From positions 15,562,001-15,626,000 of the forward strand of contig OX597830.1 in the NCBI GenBank assembly GCA_951406725.2: a stretch of DNA of 64,000 nucleotides, in the 5' to 3' direction. The position numbers and the translations under genes are program-made. The DNA is from Octopus vulgaris (taxonomy: Eukaryota). Each line of letters starts with the position of its first letter. The stretch's first letter is position 1. Under the pieces are notes generated by a model. The model saw only the letters and a list, made by a program, of their open reading frames with translations, ran no database searches and was not told the DNA's origin. Positions 13,815 through 29,249 of this stretch are shown here, in pieces.

Positions 13815-13885
13815 ATTACACATCCATATGTATGTGTATATATATATATATATAATATATATATATATGCATATGTATATATATG

Positions 13886-13941
<56 letters not shown>

Positions 13942-14345
13942 TATGTATATATATATATATATATGTATATATTGTATATATATATGCATATGTATATATG
14001 CATATATGCATATATATATGTATATAAGCACATATATGCATATGTGTGTGTATATATATATATACATGCATGTGTATATATATTATATATATATATATAT
14101 ATATACCTGCATGTGTATATATTTATATATATATATATATATATATATACATACATGCATATATGTGTATAGATATATACACATCATCAGCTGCTCCATT
14201 GCATATGTATATGCACATATATATGTATGCATCTGTATATGTGTATATATATATATATACATATATATGTCTGTGTGTGTGTGTGTGTAAATATATATTT
14301 ATTCATACATCTATGTACACACACACACACACACTAACATATACA
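13700..14345. repeat. (TA)n-dominated microsatellite field
   Basis: Direct reading. Confidence 0.95.
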
Positions 14346-14944
14346 TGCACAATTGTTTTATATCTTTCCCTGCTGGAATGGGATGGACAGTTTGACAGGA
14401 TCTGACAAGTTAAAGGACCACGTCTTAATCCGCTGCCGGTTCTGGCATGGTTTCTCCATCCATAAATCTTTGCGTGTTTATTATGCATATACATGTATAT
14501 GTGTGTGAGTGTGTGTGGATATACGCTTGGGTGTATTTTTATTTTCTGCTTCAATATCCATTAGTACACACACACACACAGAGACCTACACACACCCACA
14601 CACAATTATATACCCTGGAAATATTATGGGTTCTAATATATTGTAAATTAAAATATGGGAAATTGAAAATTGTAATGGGGGATCAATTGAAAAAGAAAAA
14701 GAAAAAAAATACTTCATACATGATAATAGTTAGCAAATGAAGAGGAGTGGGAGAAGGTGAGACAATGATGGAAGGAGTGGATTGGGATGGGGGAGAGAGC
14801 GATATGGGGATGAAATGTCATTTTTCCTTATTTTCCCTGTTTCGGCTTTTGATCAATATAAACCCCACCCCTTTCCATGCTGTATTTTATCTTTTTGATG
14901 TGGTCCTCAATGTCTTGGCTCCTTGTGACCAACAAAAAAAAAAG

Positions 14945-14953
14945 TCATCATCA

Positions 14954-14996
<43 letters not shown>

Positions 14997-15050
14997 TATT
15001 ATTATTACTGTTATTATTATTATTATTGTTATTATTATTATTATTATCAC
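14945..15050. repeat. (ATT)n microsatellite
   Basis: Direct reading. Confidence 0.95.
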
Positions 15051-15420
15051 AATTGCTTGTATGTATACATGTGTGTGTATACATTTATACGTCTCTTCCA
15101 TGTATATATATATATGTAGGTGTGTGTGCGTATGTATGTATTTATGTTTATATATGTGTGTGTGTAAACTTACATATTAATGTGTTTGTAATCTATATGC
15201 ATGTGTGTATATTTCTGTCTATGTTTGTCTGTGTATATATGTATGTATGTATGTGTATAAACTTACATATTAATGTGTTTGTAATATACCTTGTATATGT
15301 GCATGTCTGTGTGTGTGTATATATACGATGATGATGATATGTACATTCATGTATACATGTATTTACACATGCATGCATTTATACATATGTAAATCCATAT
15401 CTGTGTATGAATATATGAGT

Positions 15421-15572
<152 letters not shown>

Positions 15573-15598
15573 CATCTGTCTTTCTATCTCTTTATATG

Positions 15599-15650
<52 letters not shown>

Positions 15651-16036
15651 CACACACGCCCACATAGTTTTTGCATGCATGTGTCAGATTTTCTACACCT
15701 TGATGCCCTTACTGTCACCAACATGTTTTCACTGAATTATAAATGGTTAGCACTACCTCTATCACAGTGATACGATTAGAACTATCGCACAATATCATGA
15801 CAAGGGGTCACAAACATGCACACACACATGTATACATACACCTACATATTAACATACATACATACATACATACATATATGAATATATCTTTATAATCAGG
15901 GTTCAGCAAAGATTTGCTTGATTATAAAGTATTACTTAAGCTTACCATAAAATGGTCTTTTTCATACCGAATTCTACTTGGTGAAATTACTGATTACTTC
16001 TTAATTAATTAATTAATTAATTTTACCATTTGTTAT

Positions 16037-16097
<61 letters not shown>

Positions 16098-16118
16098 ATG
16101 TATATATATTCTTATATA

Positions 16119-16177
<59 letters not shown>

Positions 16178-16292
16178 ATGAGTTTCTTACAATTTCCAGT
16201 CACAAAGCTTTGGTCTTGTGAAAGACACTTGGGTAAGGTAACACCATGTGGATGGGAAGCAAACTTCATTAAAGCATGCACCCACCCATGCC

Positions 16293-16333
<41 letters not shown>

Positions 16334-16900
16334 GCATGCATGCAAACACACACTCACACACAAACTCATTGGTATGTGTGTATGGTTAGAGAGCTTATTT
16401 TATGATCACATACCCTCAGGTTCAGTTCTAGCAAATGAATACATTCAGCAATTGAATTCAGCCCCAGGCTGAACAAAAGCTTGTGAGTGGATTTGGAGAT
16501 TGGTAGTTTCATACATACATGTATATATATTCTTATGTGTGTTTGTATATACACACACACACATATACAAATATACTTATGTGTATGTAATATATCATCC
16601 TCCTGTTCAATCCATGCTTCGAAGCTCTTATAGGTCATGAAAGTTTTTTCAAAATTTCCTATGGCCAGATGCCCTTCATGTAGCCAACACTCAACTGATT
16701 TGGAGTGATATATACCCGTGACCAGACACATTTGCTTACAAGATTAGAAATGGAGGTCACCAGTGGCATGGTGATGGCACACATTTATGACTATCACTCA
16801 ACAAACGGACAATAACATTCACACACATATAAAACAAAACATATATATATATATATATATATATGAAAGCATATAGTGATATATATGAAAGCATTTACTG

Positions 16901-16938
<38 letters not shown>

Positions 16939-16977
16939 CCATATTATATGTATGCATGTATATACATATATATATGC

Positions 16978-17036
<59 letters not shown>

Positions 17037-17047
17037 ATATGTATATA

Positions 17048-17087
<40 letters not shown>

Positions 17088-17685
17088 TCATATATATATG
17101 TATGTGTGTATATATATATATATATACACACACACATACATATATATATATATAAATGTATTCAGGTTTCTTTCAGGTTCTGTACAAAATCCATATGCAA
17201 GCCTTTGGTTGTCCAGGGCCACACTTGCAGTGGGACTGAGCCTGAAATCATGTGCTTAGGAAGGAAACTTCTTGCAACACAGCCACCTAGACACACACAC
17301 ATGCGCACACACACACATGTATTTATGGTGTGTAATGTATGCATATATATATATATATATATATATGTAAATGTTTTTGTGTTTTTGTATTTGGGTACCT
17401 TTGGGTACCATCACCCAGTCAGTATATACAATTAAGCATTATTGTCAAAGAAGCAGTGTTGCCCACTCCCAAACTTCCACGAGAACCACATATAGCCATG
17501 GTGATGCATTACCTTCCTTGAGAATAGATGATAGTCGGGGACATGAAGAGCATCCAGCCATAGAAAATCTGACTCAATGACTTCCGTCTGATCCATGTCA
17601 GCATCAGAAAATGAAGCGTGATGATGGGGAGCTTCATCATCAGCATTTAACTTCTGTTTTTTTATGCTGTCATGGGTTGGAGGAT

Positions 17686-17716
<31 letters not shown>

Positions 17717-17969
17717 TTATATATATATATATATTTGTACATTTAAATAGATACATGTATGCGTGTATATACTCATGCACGTACAAAAGCGCAAGTTTCC
17801 ATACACACACACACACATATGTATATATAGATAGATACATAGATAGATAGATATATATCTATGTATCTATATATATATATATATATGTTTATGTATATCT
17901 ATATATATATGCATGTATTATATATATATATATATATATACATGCATATATATATAGATAGATACATAC

Positions 17970-18052
<83 letters not shown>

Positions 18053-18053
18053 C

Positions 18054-18202
18054 CATCGTTTAACGTCCGTCTTCCATGCATGCATGGGTAAGACAGTTGA
18101 CCGGAGCCAGCCAGGTAGACAACAACCCCAGGCTATTGTTTCTGTTTTGGCAGGGATATTACAGCTGGATGCCCTTCTTAACACCAACCACTTTGCAGAA
18201 TG

Positions 18203-18205
<3 letters not shown>
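18054..18205 (-). mobile_element. Fragment of the (GAT)n-tailed retroposon family
   Basis: catcgtttaacgtccg...cagctggatgcccttct is the reverse complement of the copy at 47050-47200. Confidence 0.75.
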
Positions 18206-18237
<32 letters not shown>

Positions 18238-18460
18238 CATTATACATATAATGTATATACACACTTATTCATACATATATATTGATTAATGTTTACCAGA
18301 AGTAACAGAGTGACTCAAAGGATTAGAGTTTTCTATGTTAGGTAATTCACAAAACTGTTGGCCCCTAAGTCACTTTATTGCTTCTTCCAAATATTACAAT
18401 AAAATATGTGTGTATATGCATATTTTTGTGGGTTTTATTTTCTGGTTGTAGCAGGAAACC

Positions 18461-18493
<33 letters not shown>

Positions 18494-18616
18494 CCTATTA
18501 CACACCTTGTTACATGCACACACACACACACACACACTCATATATGTATATATATATATATAAACACATTCTATCTTGTATACTATAAGATATATAAAAC
18601 TATATGCTATATATAT

Positions 18617-18657
<41 letters not shown>

Positions 18658-18666
18658 CCTATGTAT

Positions 18667-18731
<65 letters not shown>

Positions 18732-19272
18732 TACATATATGGTATGATGAGATGTGTAAAGCTAAGCGTTGTATAGGCATGAAACCCTGGGTAACCCTAT
18801 GAACTGGCCATAACTAACATTCCTTAAATGTATGTATGTATTTTGTTATATGGATATATGTACGTGTATATATGTCAATCTATCCATCTGTCTGTCTATC
18901 TGCTTGTATGTATATATATTTGAATGTGTATGTCCTTGCGCTGTTGGGGTTGCAATTTCAAAATCCTGATTTCAATTCCTGGACTGGACAAAGTGTTTTG
19001 ATCTTGAGCAAGGCACTTCCTTTCATGTTGCTTCAGTTTACTCCAAGGAAAATGACCACCACACAACTGCTGGTGCAATTCTCTCACCATGTGTCCTACC
19101 TTGCGATGTTATGCTGGTCTAAGAGTTGGAATTTGATGAGGGTGTCTATGCTGACTTGCCACAACATAACCATCTAAAATAGGTGACAAAAGTATGTTAC
19201 AAACTACCAAAGAAGGCTTCATGCCGAAGCTTTATTCATACATACCAACATTTATACATACATAATACATAC

Positions 19273-19303
<31 letters not shown>

Positions 19304-19352
19304 TCTACCCATATATATATATATGCCTATATATGTATATATATATCTACCC

Positions 19353-19397
<45 letters not shown>

Positions 19398-19542
19398 CAT
19401 AAATATATATATATATATATTTATATATACATACCATATATTTTTATATACCTTATAGTATACAAGATAGTGTGTGCATTGATATATATAAATATATGCA
19501 TGCATATATACAATAAAAATATATAGTATCTGCCATATACAG

Positions 19543-19592
<50 letters not shown>

Positions 19593-21891
19593 TATACATA
19601 CACACAATATATACTATATGTGTGTGTGTGTATATATATATATGCATACATACACTTAAAATTTCTATACACACATACACAAATATATTTATATATATAG
19701 AAATGACATTCATATATGCACTTGTGTGTACATATATATGTATGTGCATGTGTTCAGAGAGAGAGCAAACAGGGAAGAGAGGTGCATAGATATTCATATA
19801 TGTATATTTGTGAATATATAGGTATTATGTACCCATTTATGGATATGAATATGAAATCTACACATACATTTAATGCCAATATAATATTTTCTCAAAAATG
19901 TATGTATATATTAATTTAATCTGATGAAATTTTATGAATTTTGTACTATAGCTTATATATATAGCATTGGTAAAAAGTAAAAAATTATCTTACCATATAT
20001 TTTAGAAATTTGTTATATGAAATATATTGAAGTTTACTCTAGATCTGCCTGGCATTTTAAACTATTAAATGCTATTAACCAGATGCTATACTTGTTGATT
20101 TCCTGTATTCTGTAAGAGTGTAAGTTAAAAATCTAAAAATTGCTATTATAATCTTACTAGGGAAATAAATTCTGCCAGTTTTCTAAAGTTTTTCTCTATT
20201 GTAACAATAAAATAATCTGAAAATGCCTTCCTGGGTGAAATGTTTTACATTGTGGTCTTCATTCTGCAGTAATGTTTCAATCACTATGTGGCAAAATTAT
20301 TATGAAACCCTGTATCTATGTTACATAATATCTTATCCATTATACATAAAAATACCACAATATGGCTGTGTTACAGCAGTCCCCTAATATTGTACTGCAC
20401 CAAATATTTATTGTTGTTTCCACCTATTTAACCATTGTTAATGTTTTCCTACACTCAAAGCTTCCTTCTTTAGAACTGTCATCATGTTAACCTTTTTCCT
20501 TTATTGTGGGTTTTCCTAAAACATCAATCAAACCCTTTCACCATAAACAAGAACATTATATGACTGATCTTAAAATTGTCTCTAAATTTTCTTTCTCCAT
20601 TTACACCTTAGTACCCTGTGTTTATATTACCTTGTCATTTGTAGAAATAGTATTCATTCTCTATAGATATAGGCTTAAGGGGCTACACACTTTAAGGGGC
20701 TTATACCATATTGCTAAGTATAGATAGAGATTTATGGGCTCATCTCTATATCTGCTTCTAGTGTAAGGGGTTGACATGATGTGATTGAATATAACTTGAT
20801 CTTAGTATATCTGCATATTGAATGAATCCCTTATATTATGTGTATGTATTTGTGTGTATACATACATATATATATATATAATGTATGTATGGAGAGGTAT
20901 ATGTTCAATATAATTTCTTACTTTAAATATAAATATTTTATTCATAGTAGTTTACAACTTCCATATTTCTCAACCTATTTCAGAAAAGATTCACTTTAAT
21001 AAACTTATGACATATCTCAAAGTCAATTATTTTAATTGATTTAATTTTTTGGGGTTTTTATATTTTTTTTTGTCATCATATTTTTGCATTTTCATTTATT
21101 TTAAACATAATTCAGTGATCTAAAGAAAACTATGTAATTTTATTTGTTTTCTGGAAAGGAGTGTCTAATGCAAAATCAAATTAAAACTTGAATTTTAGTT
21201 ATTCATAAAACGCCGGTAATGTACATCTACCATAATTGATTTTGTTAATATTTCAGGGCCTCCTCTCTGGGTAAAATTCATTTGATGATGATATTTAATT
21301 TTCATTCATATTTCATTCATATTTTTTTGAGTGAAAATACCAACTCATTTTCTTTTGTATCTTTGATTACATCATCAAGTAATCAAAGGTTTTAACTAGT
21401 GCCCAAATTTTAAAAAGTACTCTTATCTTTGGTAACAGCCAAGTTTCTTTCTTGTGGCACTCAAACAATCCTACAGTGACAAAAAAAAAACAAAACAGAC
21501 GCACACACACACATTCATAAATATATATTTACATATGCACACACAGACATAGATATATTACATGCAGAAATATAGATACATATATGCAAGCATATGCATG
21601 TATGCACATAATTAAAAAGTGTTTTTATGGGCATAATGGTGAGCATAAAGGTTTTCTAGGGCTTATTTCAAAAGCAGAGCCTGAAATTCTTTAAAATAAT
21701 TATTTTTAAAACTGGCATTGAACTTTTTGCTGGCTTAATGAAACCAAATGACCTAAGTACCCAGGAAAACTTTAAAATCATTCAAGACATATGCAGTTCA
21801 TTAACCTGATTCAGACGTGTATGTGTGTGGAAATATATGTATATGTGTGTGTATATATGTGTATGCATATGATATATATCTGCATTTATAC

Positions 21892-21917
<26 letters not shown>

Positions 21918-21929
<12 letters not shown>

Positions 21930-22260
21930 TGTGTATATATGTATATATATGTGTGTGTGTGTTGTGTATATATGTATATATATGTGTGTGTGTGTTGTGT
22001 GTATATATGTATATATATGTGTGTGTGTGTGTTGTGTATATATGTATATATGTGTGTGTGTGTGTTGTGTATATATGTATATATATGTGTGTGTGTGTGT
22101 GTTGTGTATATATGTATATATATGTGTGTGTGTGTGTTGTGTATATATGTATATATATGTGTGTGTGTGTGTTGTGTATATATGTATATATATATGTGTG
22201 TGTGTGTGCTGTGTATATATGTATATATATATGTATGGTGTGTGTATATTTATATATATA

Positions 22261-22270
<10 letters not shown>
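21918..22270. repeat. ~30 bp minisatellite (gttgtgtatatatgtatatatatgtgtgtgtgt), about 10 units
   Basis: Regular gttg interruptions roughly every 30 bp. Confidence 0.9.
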
Positions 22271-22292
<22 letters not shown>

Positions 22293-23320
22293 CATATATA
22301 TGTGTATGTATGAGTATACACTTACACACGTGTGTGAGCACATGTATATATATATATATATATATCATCATCATATATATATATATATATATAGGTAGGT
22401 AGGTAGGTAGGTAGGTAGATAGATAGATAGAAAGATAGATACATAGATAGGAAGGTAGATAGAAAGATAGATTCATAGATAGATAGATATAGGTATTTGG
22501 TATGATTTATTGATTTATTATCTTCACCATGGTCACTATACATCATTGGAATGTATGTTTATTCTTCATGAAACATCTGATGCTGTATTTGTGCCAAATT
22601 ATACATTTTTAGTGTATAAAATACAAGATCTTGTTCATGAAAAATATCAAGAAATATCTCAACTTATCTATCTGCCTAAGTGCGTGTATAGATACACGTG
22701 TGTGTCTATGTATTTATATGTAATTTCACTGTTATATTTTTTTATGAATCCTTATTAACATTCTTCAAAAATTTTTCAAAAATCCTGAAATATTATTGAT
22801 ATTAATGCTGCTAAATGTTTGGAAAAACTCTGGGTATATACTCTTCAGAAATGTTAGCTAAGTTGTTTGCTCTAACTTCAGGTGATTTTCCTTAATTTTC
22901 CAAGAAATTCCTGTAGAGATTTTCATCAATCTATATACACCCAGATACTTATTCTATTATTTATTTATTTATTTATTTATTTATTCATTTATATTTATTG
23001 ATAAAGCTAGGAATATGGCTAACGAGGAAGTGAGAATTGGTAAATTGAAATATAGGTGATATGAAACGTGGAAAGTAAGAATATTTAGCTGGTGGGTGGA
23101 TATCGGGTTATATTATATTCTTATAATTTTAGTAATATCTACATGTGCAGTTCATTAACCTTAAACCTGATTCAGATGTGTGTGTATAAATATATGTATA
23201 TGAGTGTGTATGTATATATGTGTATGCATATGATATATATCTGCATTTATACATATATGTATGTATATATATATATATATGTTGTGTATATATGTATATA
23301 TATATATGTATGTATACATA

Positions 23321-23366
<46 letters not shown>

Positions 23367-23403
23367 GTTGTGTATATATGTATATATATATGTATGGTGT
23401 GTG

Positions 23404-23450
<47 letters not shown>

Positions 23451-23609
23451 ATATGTATATATGTATGGTGTTTGTATATGTATATATATCTTTACATACA
23501 TGCATACATAGCCATACCAATACATAGATATATAGAGACATGTTCACCTACATGTGTGAGAACAAATTCAAGGGAAATATACAGGCATACACATACACAC
23601 ACGTATATG

Positions 23610-23642
<33 letters not shown>

Positions 23643-23809
23643 ATGTACACATACATAAATGCACACACATGTATGAATAGGTATGGATGTTAAATGGGGC
23701 GTTTTAATTTAAAGCTAGTTAAAGGACAACCAGAAAACATGGGGGTGACTCAAACATAAGAATAGAGTCAAATTTATAATAAAATACTTGTTCACTGGGT
23801 AGTCATAAC

Positions 23810-23827
23810 ACATACATATATACATTC

Positions 23828-23860
<33 letters not shown>

Positions 23861-23984
23861 GATAAATATAGATATATACATATATATATATGCATGTGTG
23901 TATATATATGCATGTGTGTATATATATGCATGTGTGTATATATATGCATGTGTGTATATATATATGTGTGTGTGTATACATATA

Positions 23985-24016
<32 letters not shown>

Positions 24017-24094
24017 GATTATTTATATATATTCATATAATATATATGTATTATATATATATATTTATAATAAATATATATATATTATATATAT

Positions 24095-24139
<45 letters not shown>

Positions 24140-24396
24140 ATATATATATATAATATATATTTATATAATATATATATGTATATAATATGTATATATGTAT
24201 ATATATATATTATATATATATTATATAGTGTATATATATATTTTATATATATTTATATATATATATTATATAAATATATATGTAATATATATATTTTATA
24301 TATATATATTTATATATATATATTATATAAATATATATGTAATATATATATTTAAATATATATATATATTATAAATATATATGTAATATATATATT

Positions 24397-24435
<39 letters not shown>

Positions 24436-24600
24436 TATGATATATATATAATATATATATTGTGTATATATATATATAATATATATTTTTCAACATGTAC
24501 ATACATACATCCATACATATATATGTATATATATATATATATGTGTGTGTGTGTATCTATCTATCTATCTATCTATCTATATATATATATATATATCAAA
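23810..24600. repeat. Near-pure AT microsatellite island
   Basis: Direct reading. Confidence 0.95.
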
Positions 24601-24607
24601 GCTGTAA

Positions 24608-24786
24608 CCCTTTAGCAGCATTTAGATTATTCTCTCAAATGTGATGCTTATTTGTTAGCATTAATTTGAATTAATCCTGAATTTTCTTGTAACTTTCAGA
24701 TTTCAGTGATTTGATTGCATAGTTTTCCAATGGCATTGTTAGGAAGGTGTGAGAGGGCATGTGTGGCCGGTTTAAATGCTAAAACA
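24608..24786 (+). mobile_element. Degraded piggyBac-type MITE, family 2
   Basis: Homologous to 48643-48862 (cccttta...gattactctgtcaaat...ggccggtttaaatgc). Confidence 0.6.
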
Positions 24787-25107
24787 TTAATGGGTCCTTC
24801 TTCATGGACCCATGGCTTGGGTGGGACATTTTGTAGCAAGCTTTTTTATCTCCAGTGAATGCTGTTGTCAGTAGTGACCATTTTAGTTAAGTCTCATGCT
24901 GGGCAAGGATATCGTGTGCCTATTCTAAAAATTCTCAAACACAAAGGAATGTGCGCGCATATGCATATAAACACACACACATACACGCATATATATATAT
25001 ATGCATGACACGTAACCAAAAGCTTAGACCTCAGGAGTCAGTTTCAGGGCTTCAAACAGGAAAAGGCTAGTAGACAGAATTGAAATGAGTGTATGCATGA
25101 ATATATC

Positions 25108-25145
<38 letters not shown>

Positions 25146-25152
25146 TATATGA

Positions 25153-25188
<36 letters not shown>

Positions 25189-25335
25189 GTATGTATATAT
25201 ACATGTGTGTATATATACATATACATGTGTGTGTATGTATATATATATATATATATTTGTGTGTGTATTTATATATATGTGTATATATATATATACATAC
25301 ATGTGTGTATATATTTGTATATATATATGTATTTA

Positions 25336-25390
<55 letters not shown>

Positions 25391-25664
25391 GTGTTTGTAT
25401 ATGTGTGTGTATAAATATATAAATGTATGTATATGTATTGTCATATATATGCATAGGGAGAGACAGATAGATAGATGAGAGAAATAGATAATGTACATTC
25501 ATGTCTTTCTTTCTTTCTTTCTTTATATATATACACACACACACAATTATATGTGTGTATATGTTAGTCTGTAAATTTGTACATATACAACTCTTTCTCT
25601 CTGTATGATATACACCTACACACCTATGTGTGTGTATACATGTATATATATGTATATATATAAA

Positions 25665-25698
<34 letters not shown>

Positions 25699-25855
25699 CA
25701 CATACACACACACATATATAGATAGATAGACGTGCATTGCATATGTGTATGAATATATATCTATATATGCTTATATATATCTGTGTGTCTGTGTATTCTT
25801 TTACATTATTGTATGTGTTTTTGTGTATCCCTGTTATATGAACCTCAGTGGTAAT

Positions 25856-25857
<2 letters not shown>

Positions 25858-25890
<33 letters not shown>

Positions 25891-26100
25891 GATCATCATC
25901 ATCTCTACTTTCCGTGTTGACGTGGGTTGGATGGGTTGTCAAAGTCTGAGTCATCTCCTGTTGGGATCCGCTGCTTCCCTTCATTCACTGATGCTTATAT
26001 ACATCGTTTGACTCTGTTTCTACGCTTGGATGCTCTTCCTCTTGGCAACCATTTCACAGAGTGCACTGGTTGTGTTCCACATGCTACCAACGCCAGACAT
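25858..26100 (-). mobile_element. (GAT)n-tailed retroposon fragment
   Basis: (CAT)n followed by gtgggttggatgg...ctggatgctcttcct. Confidence 0.65.
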
Positions 26101-26359
26101 GTGGGAGGGAGAGGCCTCAGCACCCTCAGCACCCTCTGCTCAGTTTGCCAATTAGTTTGCCGCGTGGACTGGGTGCAGTTTGTAGTGTGAGCACTTCAGA
26201 GATGGTCTCTTTCTCTCTCTCTCTCTCATCTGGTTTCTTTGAATGAGTGCAAGTTGGTAGATAGCACCTTTGCAGGAAGAGTGGTGTTATACACAGGACA
26301 AATGTGTGTGTAACTGGATATAATATTTCTCTCTCTCTACTTATATATATATATGTATG

Positions 26360-26402
<43 letters not shown>

Positions 26403-26560
26403 TGTGTGTCTGGATATGATATCTGTCTCCCTTTCTCCTCTCTCTATATAAATACACACACACACACGCGCACTTATGTGCTTATATATATATATACATA
26501 CATGTCTATATATGTGAGTATATATATATATGTGTGTGTATGTATATATATGTATATATA

Positions 26561-27402
26561 CAGTGTGCAATGAGTAAATTGCCATTATCTGCATTTAATT
26601 TCGCACATTGTTTTCTTTTGATTTTGTTGACTACATAGTATAGTAGGGTCAGTTGGGCACCATCTGTGAGCAAAACAGCACAGTGACACAATTTACTCTG
26701 CCAAAAATCTGGTGACAACATGCTGTACTGCTTGTCACTTGTGCCAGAAGCTCCAATATACGAACAAATGGTGAACACACGAAAAAATTTTTGGCTTGCC
26801 GTGTCCTCAAAACTTGTACCAAGAGTGATAAAAATCAAACATCCAGTCAACATCATGGTGTTTGGAGTGATCATCATCTTCCCACATGGCTTCAAACTCT
26901 ACACAGAGGCCTACATCAAGTGCCTGGAGGAGGTAGTGCTGCCCTGGGTCAAGAGGGTGGCTGCTGGAAGACCCTATGTCTGGCAACAGGACTCTGCACC
27001 ATGCCACACAAGCAGGAGAACCCAGTCATGGCTGTCAGTCAATTTCTGCGACCACATCACCCCTAACATCTGGCCACCTAACTCCCCAGACTGCAACCCC
27101 CTTGATTATTATGTACGGGATGCAGTTGAGTAAGAGACCAACAAAACTCCTTGTAACACCAAAGATGAACTGATGGCAAGGGTTATGGCAGCATTCACCA
27201 ACTTAAACAAGGAGACTATCCTGAAGAGTTGCAGGAGATTCTGAAGTTGTCTGGAGGCTGTGACTGAAGCCAATGGCGATTTCATTGAATAAATTTATTC
27301 TTTAGTATTTCAAGATATTTTTAATGTAATTTGGATAAATATATCCGTTAAAATGAGATGTCAGTGTTATTTTCATTTAGACGACAATGTATTCAATGCA
27401 CC

Positions 27403-27405
<3 letters not shown>
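26561..27405 (+). mobile_element. Internally deleted Tc1/mariner element, maT (DD37D) type
   Basis: Imperfect TIRs cagtgtgcaatgagtaaattgcc / revcomp catggtgcattgaatacattgtc, TA-flanked within (TA)n; transposase remnant inside. Confidence 0.85.
26780..27292 (+). pseudogene. DD37D transposase catalytic-domain remnant
   Basis: KHPVNIMVFGVI...YVWQQDSAPCHT...WPPNSPDCNPLDYYV; 37 residues between the last two Asp. Continues through stops to ...LEAVTEANGDFIE*. Confidence 0.9.
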
Positions 27406-27447
<42 letters not shown>

Positions 27448-28312
27448 TGCATATATGTATATACATATTTGTGTACATATGTGCATGTCTATATATGTGT
27501 GTGTATATATATATACATACATACATACATACATACATATCTATGTGTATACATATATGCATGTGTGTGTGTGTTGTGTCTATATACATGTATCTACAGA
27601 TACCTGTCTCTCAGTGCAATTGTGTATCTTTTATCTCTCTTTCCCTCGGTGTGTGTGTGTGTGTGTATGTAAGTATGTATGTATGAATGCAATTTCTTTC
27701 TGAATTAAAATTATTCTCTTGAAATTTAAATTCGTTATGTTATGTAAATTACAATGATCTGGGTTTTTTTCTCTTTTTTTTTCCCCCATTTAAAAATTTG
27801 AATTTTTCCCAGGAACCACATTTAACCGTACATGTTTTCTCTCTTGTGTTTAGGGTTTTAGTTTTAAAACTAATTACATTCTATCAGTTTTATAGTTATT
27901 ATCTGGGAGAGAGAGAGAGTTATTCAAGTCGGTTCGAGAGAGCTTTCTAACCATTATCCCAAACTACCTTTTATTTATATTCATATTGATGCAGTGCTTG
28001 AGTGCTTATGCACCTTGTAGATTTTTATATTCATTACCAGAGTTGAACCCACTAAACTTTATTGATTGCCGTTCTGGGTTCAGTGTTATCATTGAGGCAG
28101 CTATTAACCTAAACTCCAATAAGGTGTCTCTCGCCACTGATTAAATTAGTAAAATTGAGAGTCGTGCCTCAAAATTTCTCCTTACTTTCTTTTGACTTCT
28201 TGTTCTTTTTTTCTGATTTCCAGTTCTTTAAAAATTCTCAGAATTTATACTGGAAAATTTTGGTTTTTGTTCATGCATTTTACAAATAATTATTGCTTAG
28301 TTATATTATAAA

Positions 28313-28712
28313 CTAGCAGTATGGCCTGGCGTTGGTCGGGTTTGTTTTCTTTTCGACCCTTTAGAATTGGAATTTTTGAAAAGTAAAAATTTTGCATTAT
28401 GTAGCTTGTTATTCTCTTTAAGTAAACATTTTTCTGGTTGAAATACACCGAAAAATGGCGACACAGCTGTCAAAAAATCGTTAAAAAATAGGGATTTTCA
28501 TAGAAAAAAAAGCACCTTTTTGATGTAAATAATTTTTGGTGTTTACATGGTCCGATTTGAATTTTTTCTTCTACGGAATGAAGAGCAAGCCTTCTTTTAT
28601 CATACTCTCAATTTTGGTCAACTTGTGCCGCAGGGTCTCGGAGGAGATAGTGTTAGTTGAAGGCTACCAAGCCTGCCACACACAGACAACTTCAGCTTTA
28701 TATATATATAGA
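28313..28712 (-). mobile_element. Non-autonomous Helitron (400 bp)
   Basis: Minus strand begins A|TCTATATATAT and ends CTAG|T. Imperfect GC hairpin (cccgaccaacgccagg) lies ~10 nt before CTAG. No TSD. Confidence 0.85.
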
Positions 28713-29249
28713 TAGAATCTTTAGAAATACACATCTACCATACAGAAATATCTCAATGACATTTTACTAGTTCAACCCCCTTTGAAGTATCAGTCATTAT
28801 TTCTATAGTTTGTGTATATATGACATTGCAAATATCAGGTAGGGTATATATTTTAGTTGCTTTAACTATTTGTTGTTTTTTTGAAATGTGATAAGGATGT
28901 TTTGTTTTTAAAGTTAAGTCGAGGTAATCTCTTATAAACGTATATTGTACTGCAGACTTCACTTTTTTCCCAGCTGTTGTGTTTTTATTAAGGAACAATT
29001 CAACAAGTGGCTTAGTGGATATTTCATGAAAAACTCACAGGTTTCACATGAAGGGCTAATCCGTTATTATCCTATTATATGTTTCCCTTGAACAAACTCA
29101 ATAAAAAACAAAATAAATAAATAAACTAAGCAGACTGTGTGTCAATAGCTTATCTTTCTAATTGTGTGTATATGTGTGTAGTTGCTCATGTTCTTGTTTA
29201 TGTAGATGTTGTGATTGTATGTATGTATGTACTGTGTGTGTTTATTTTT

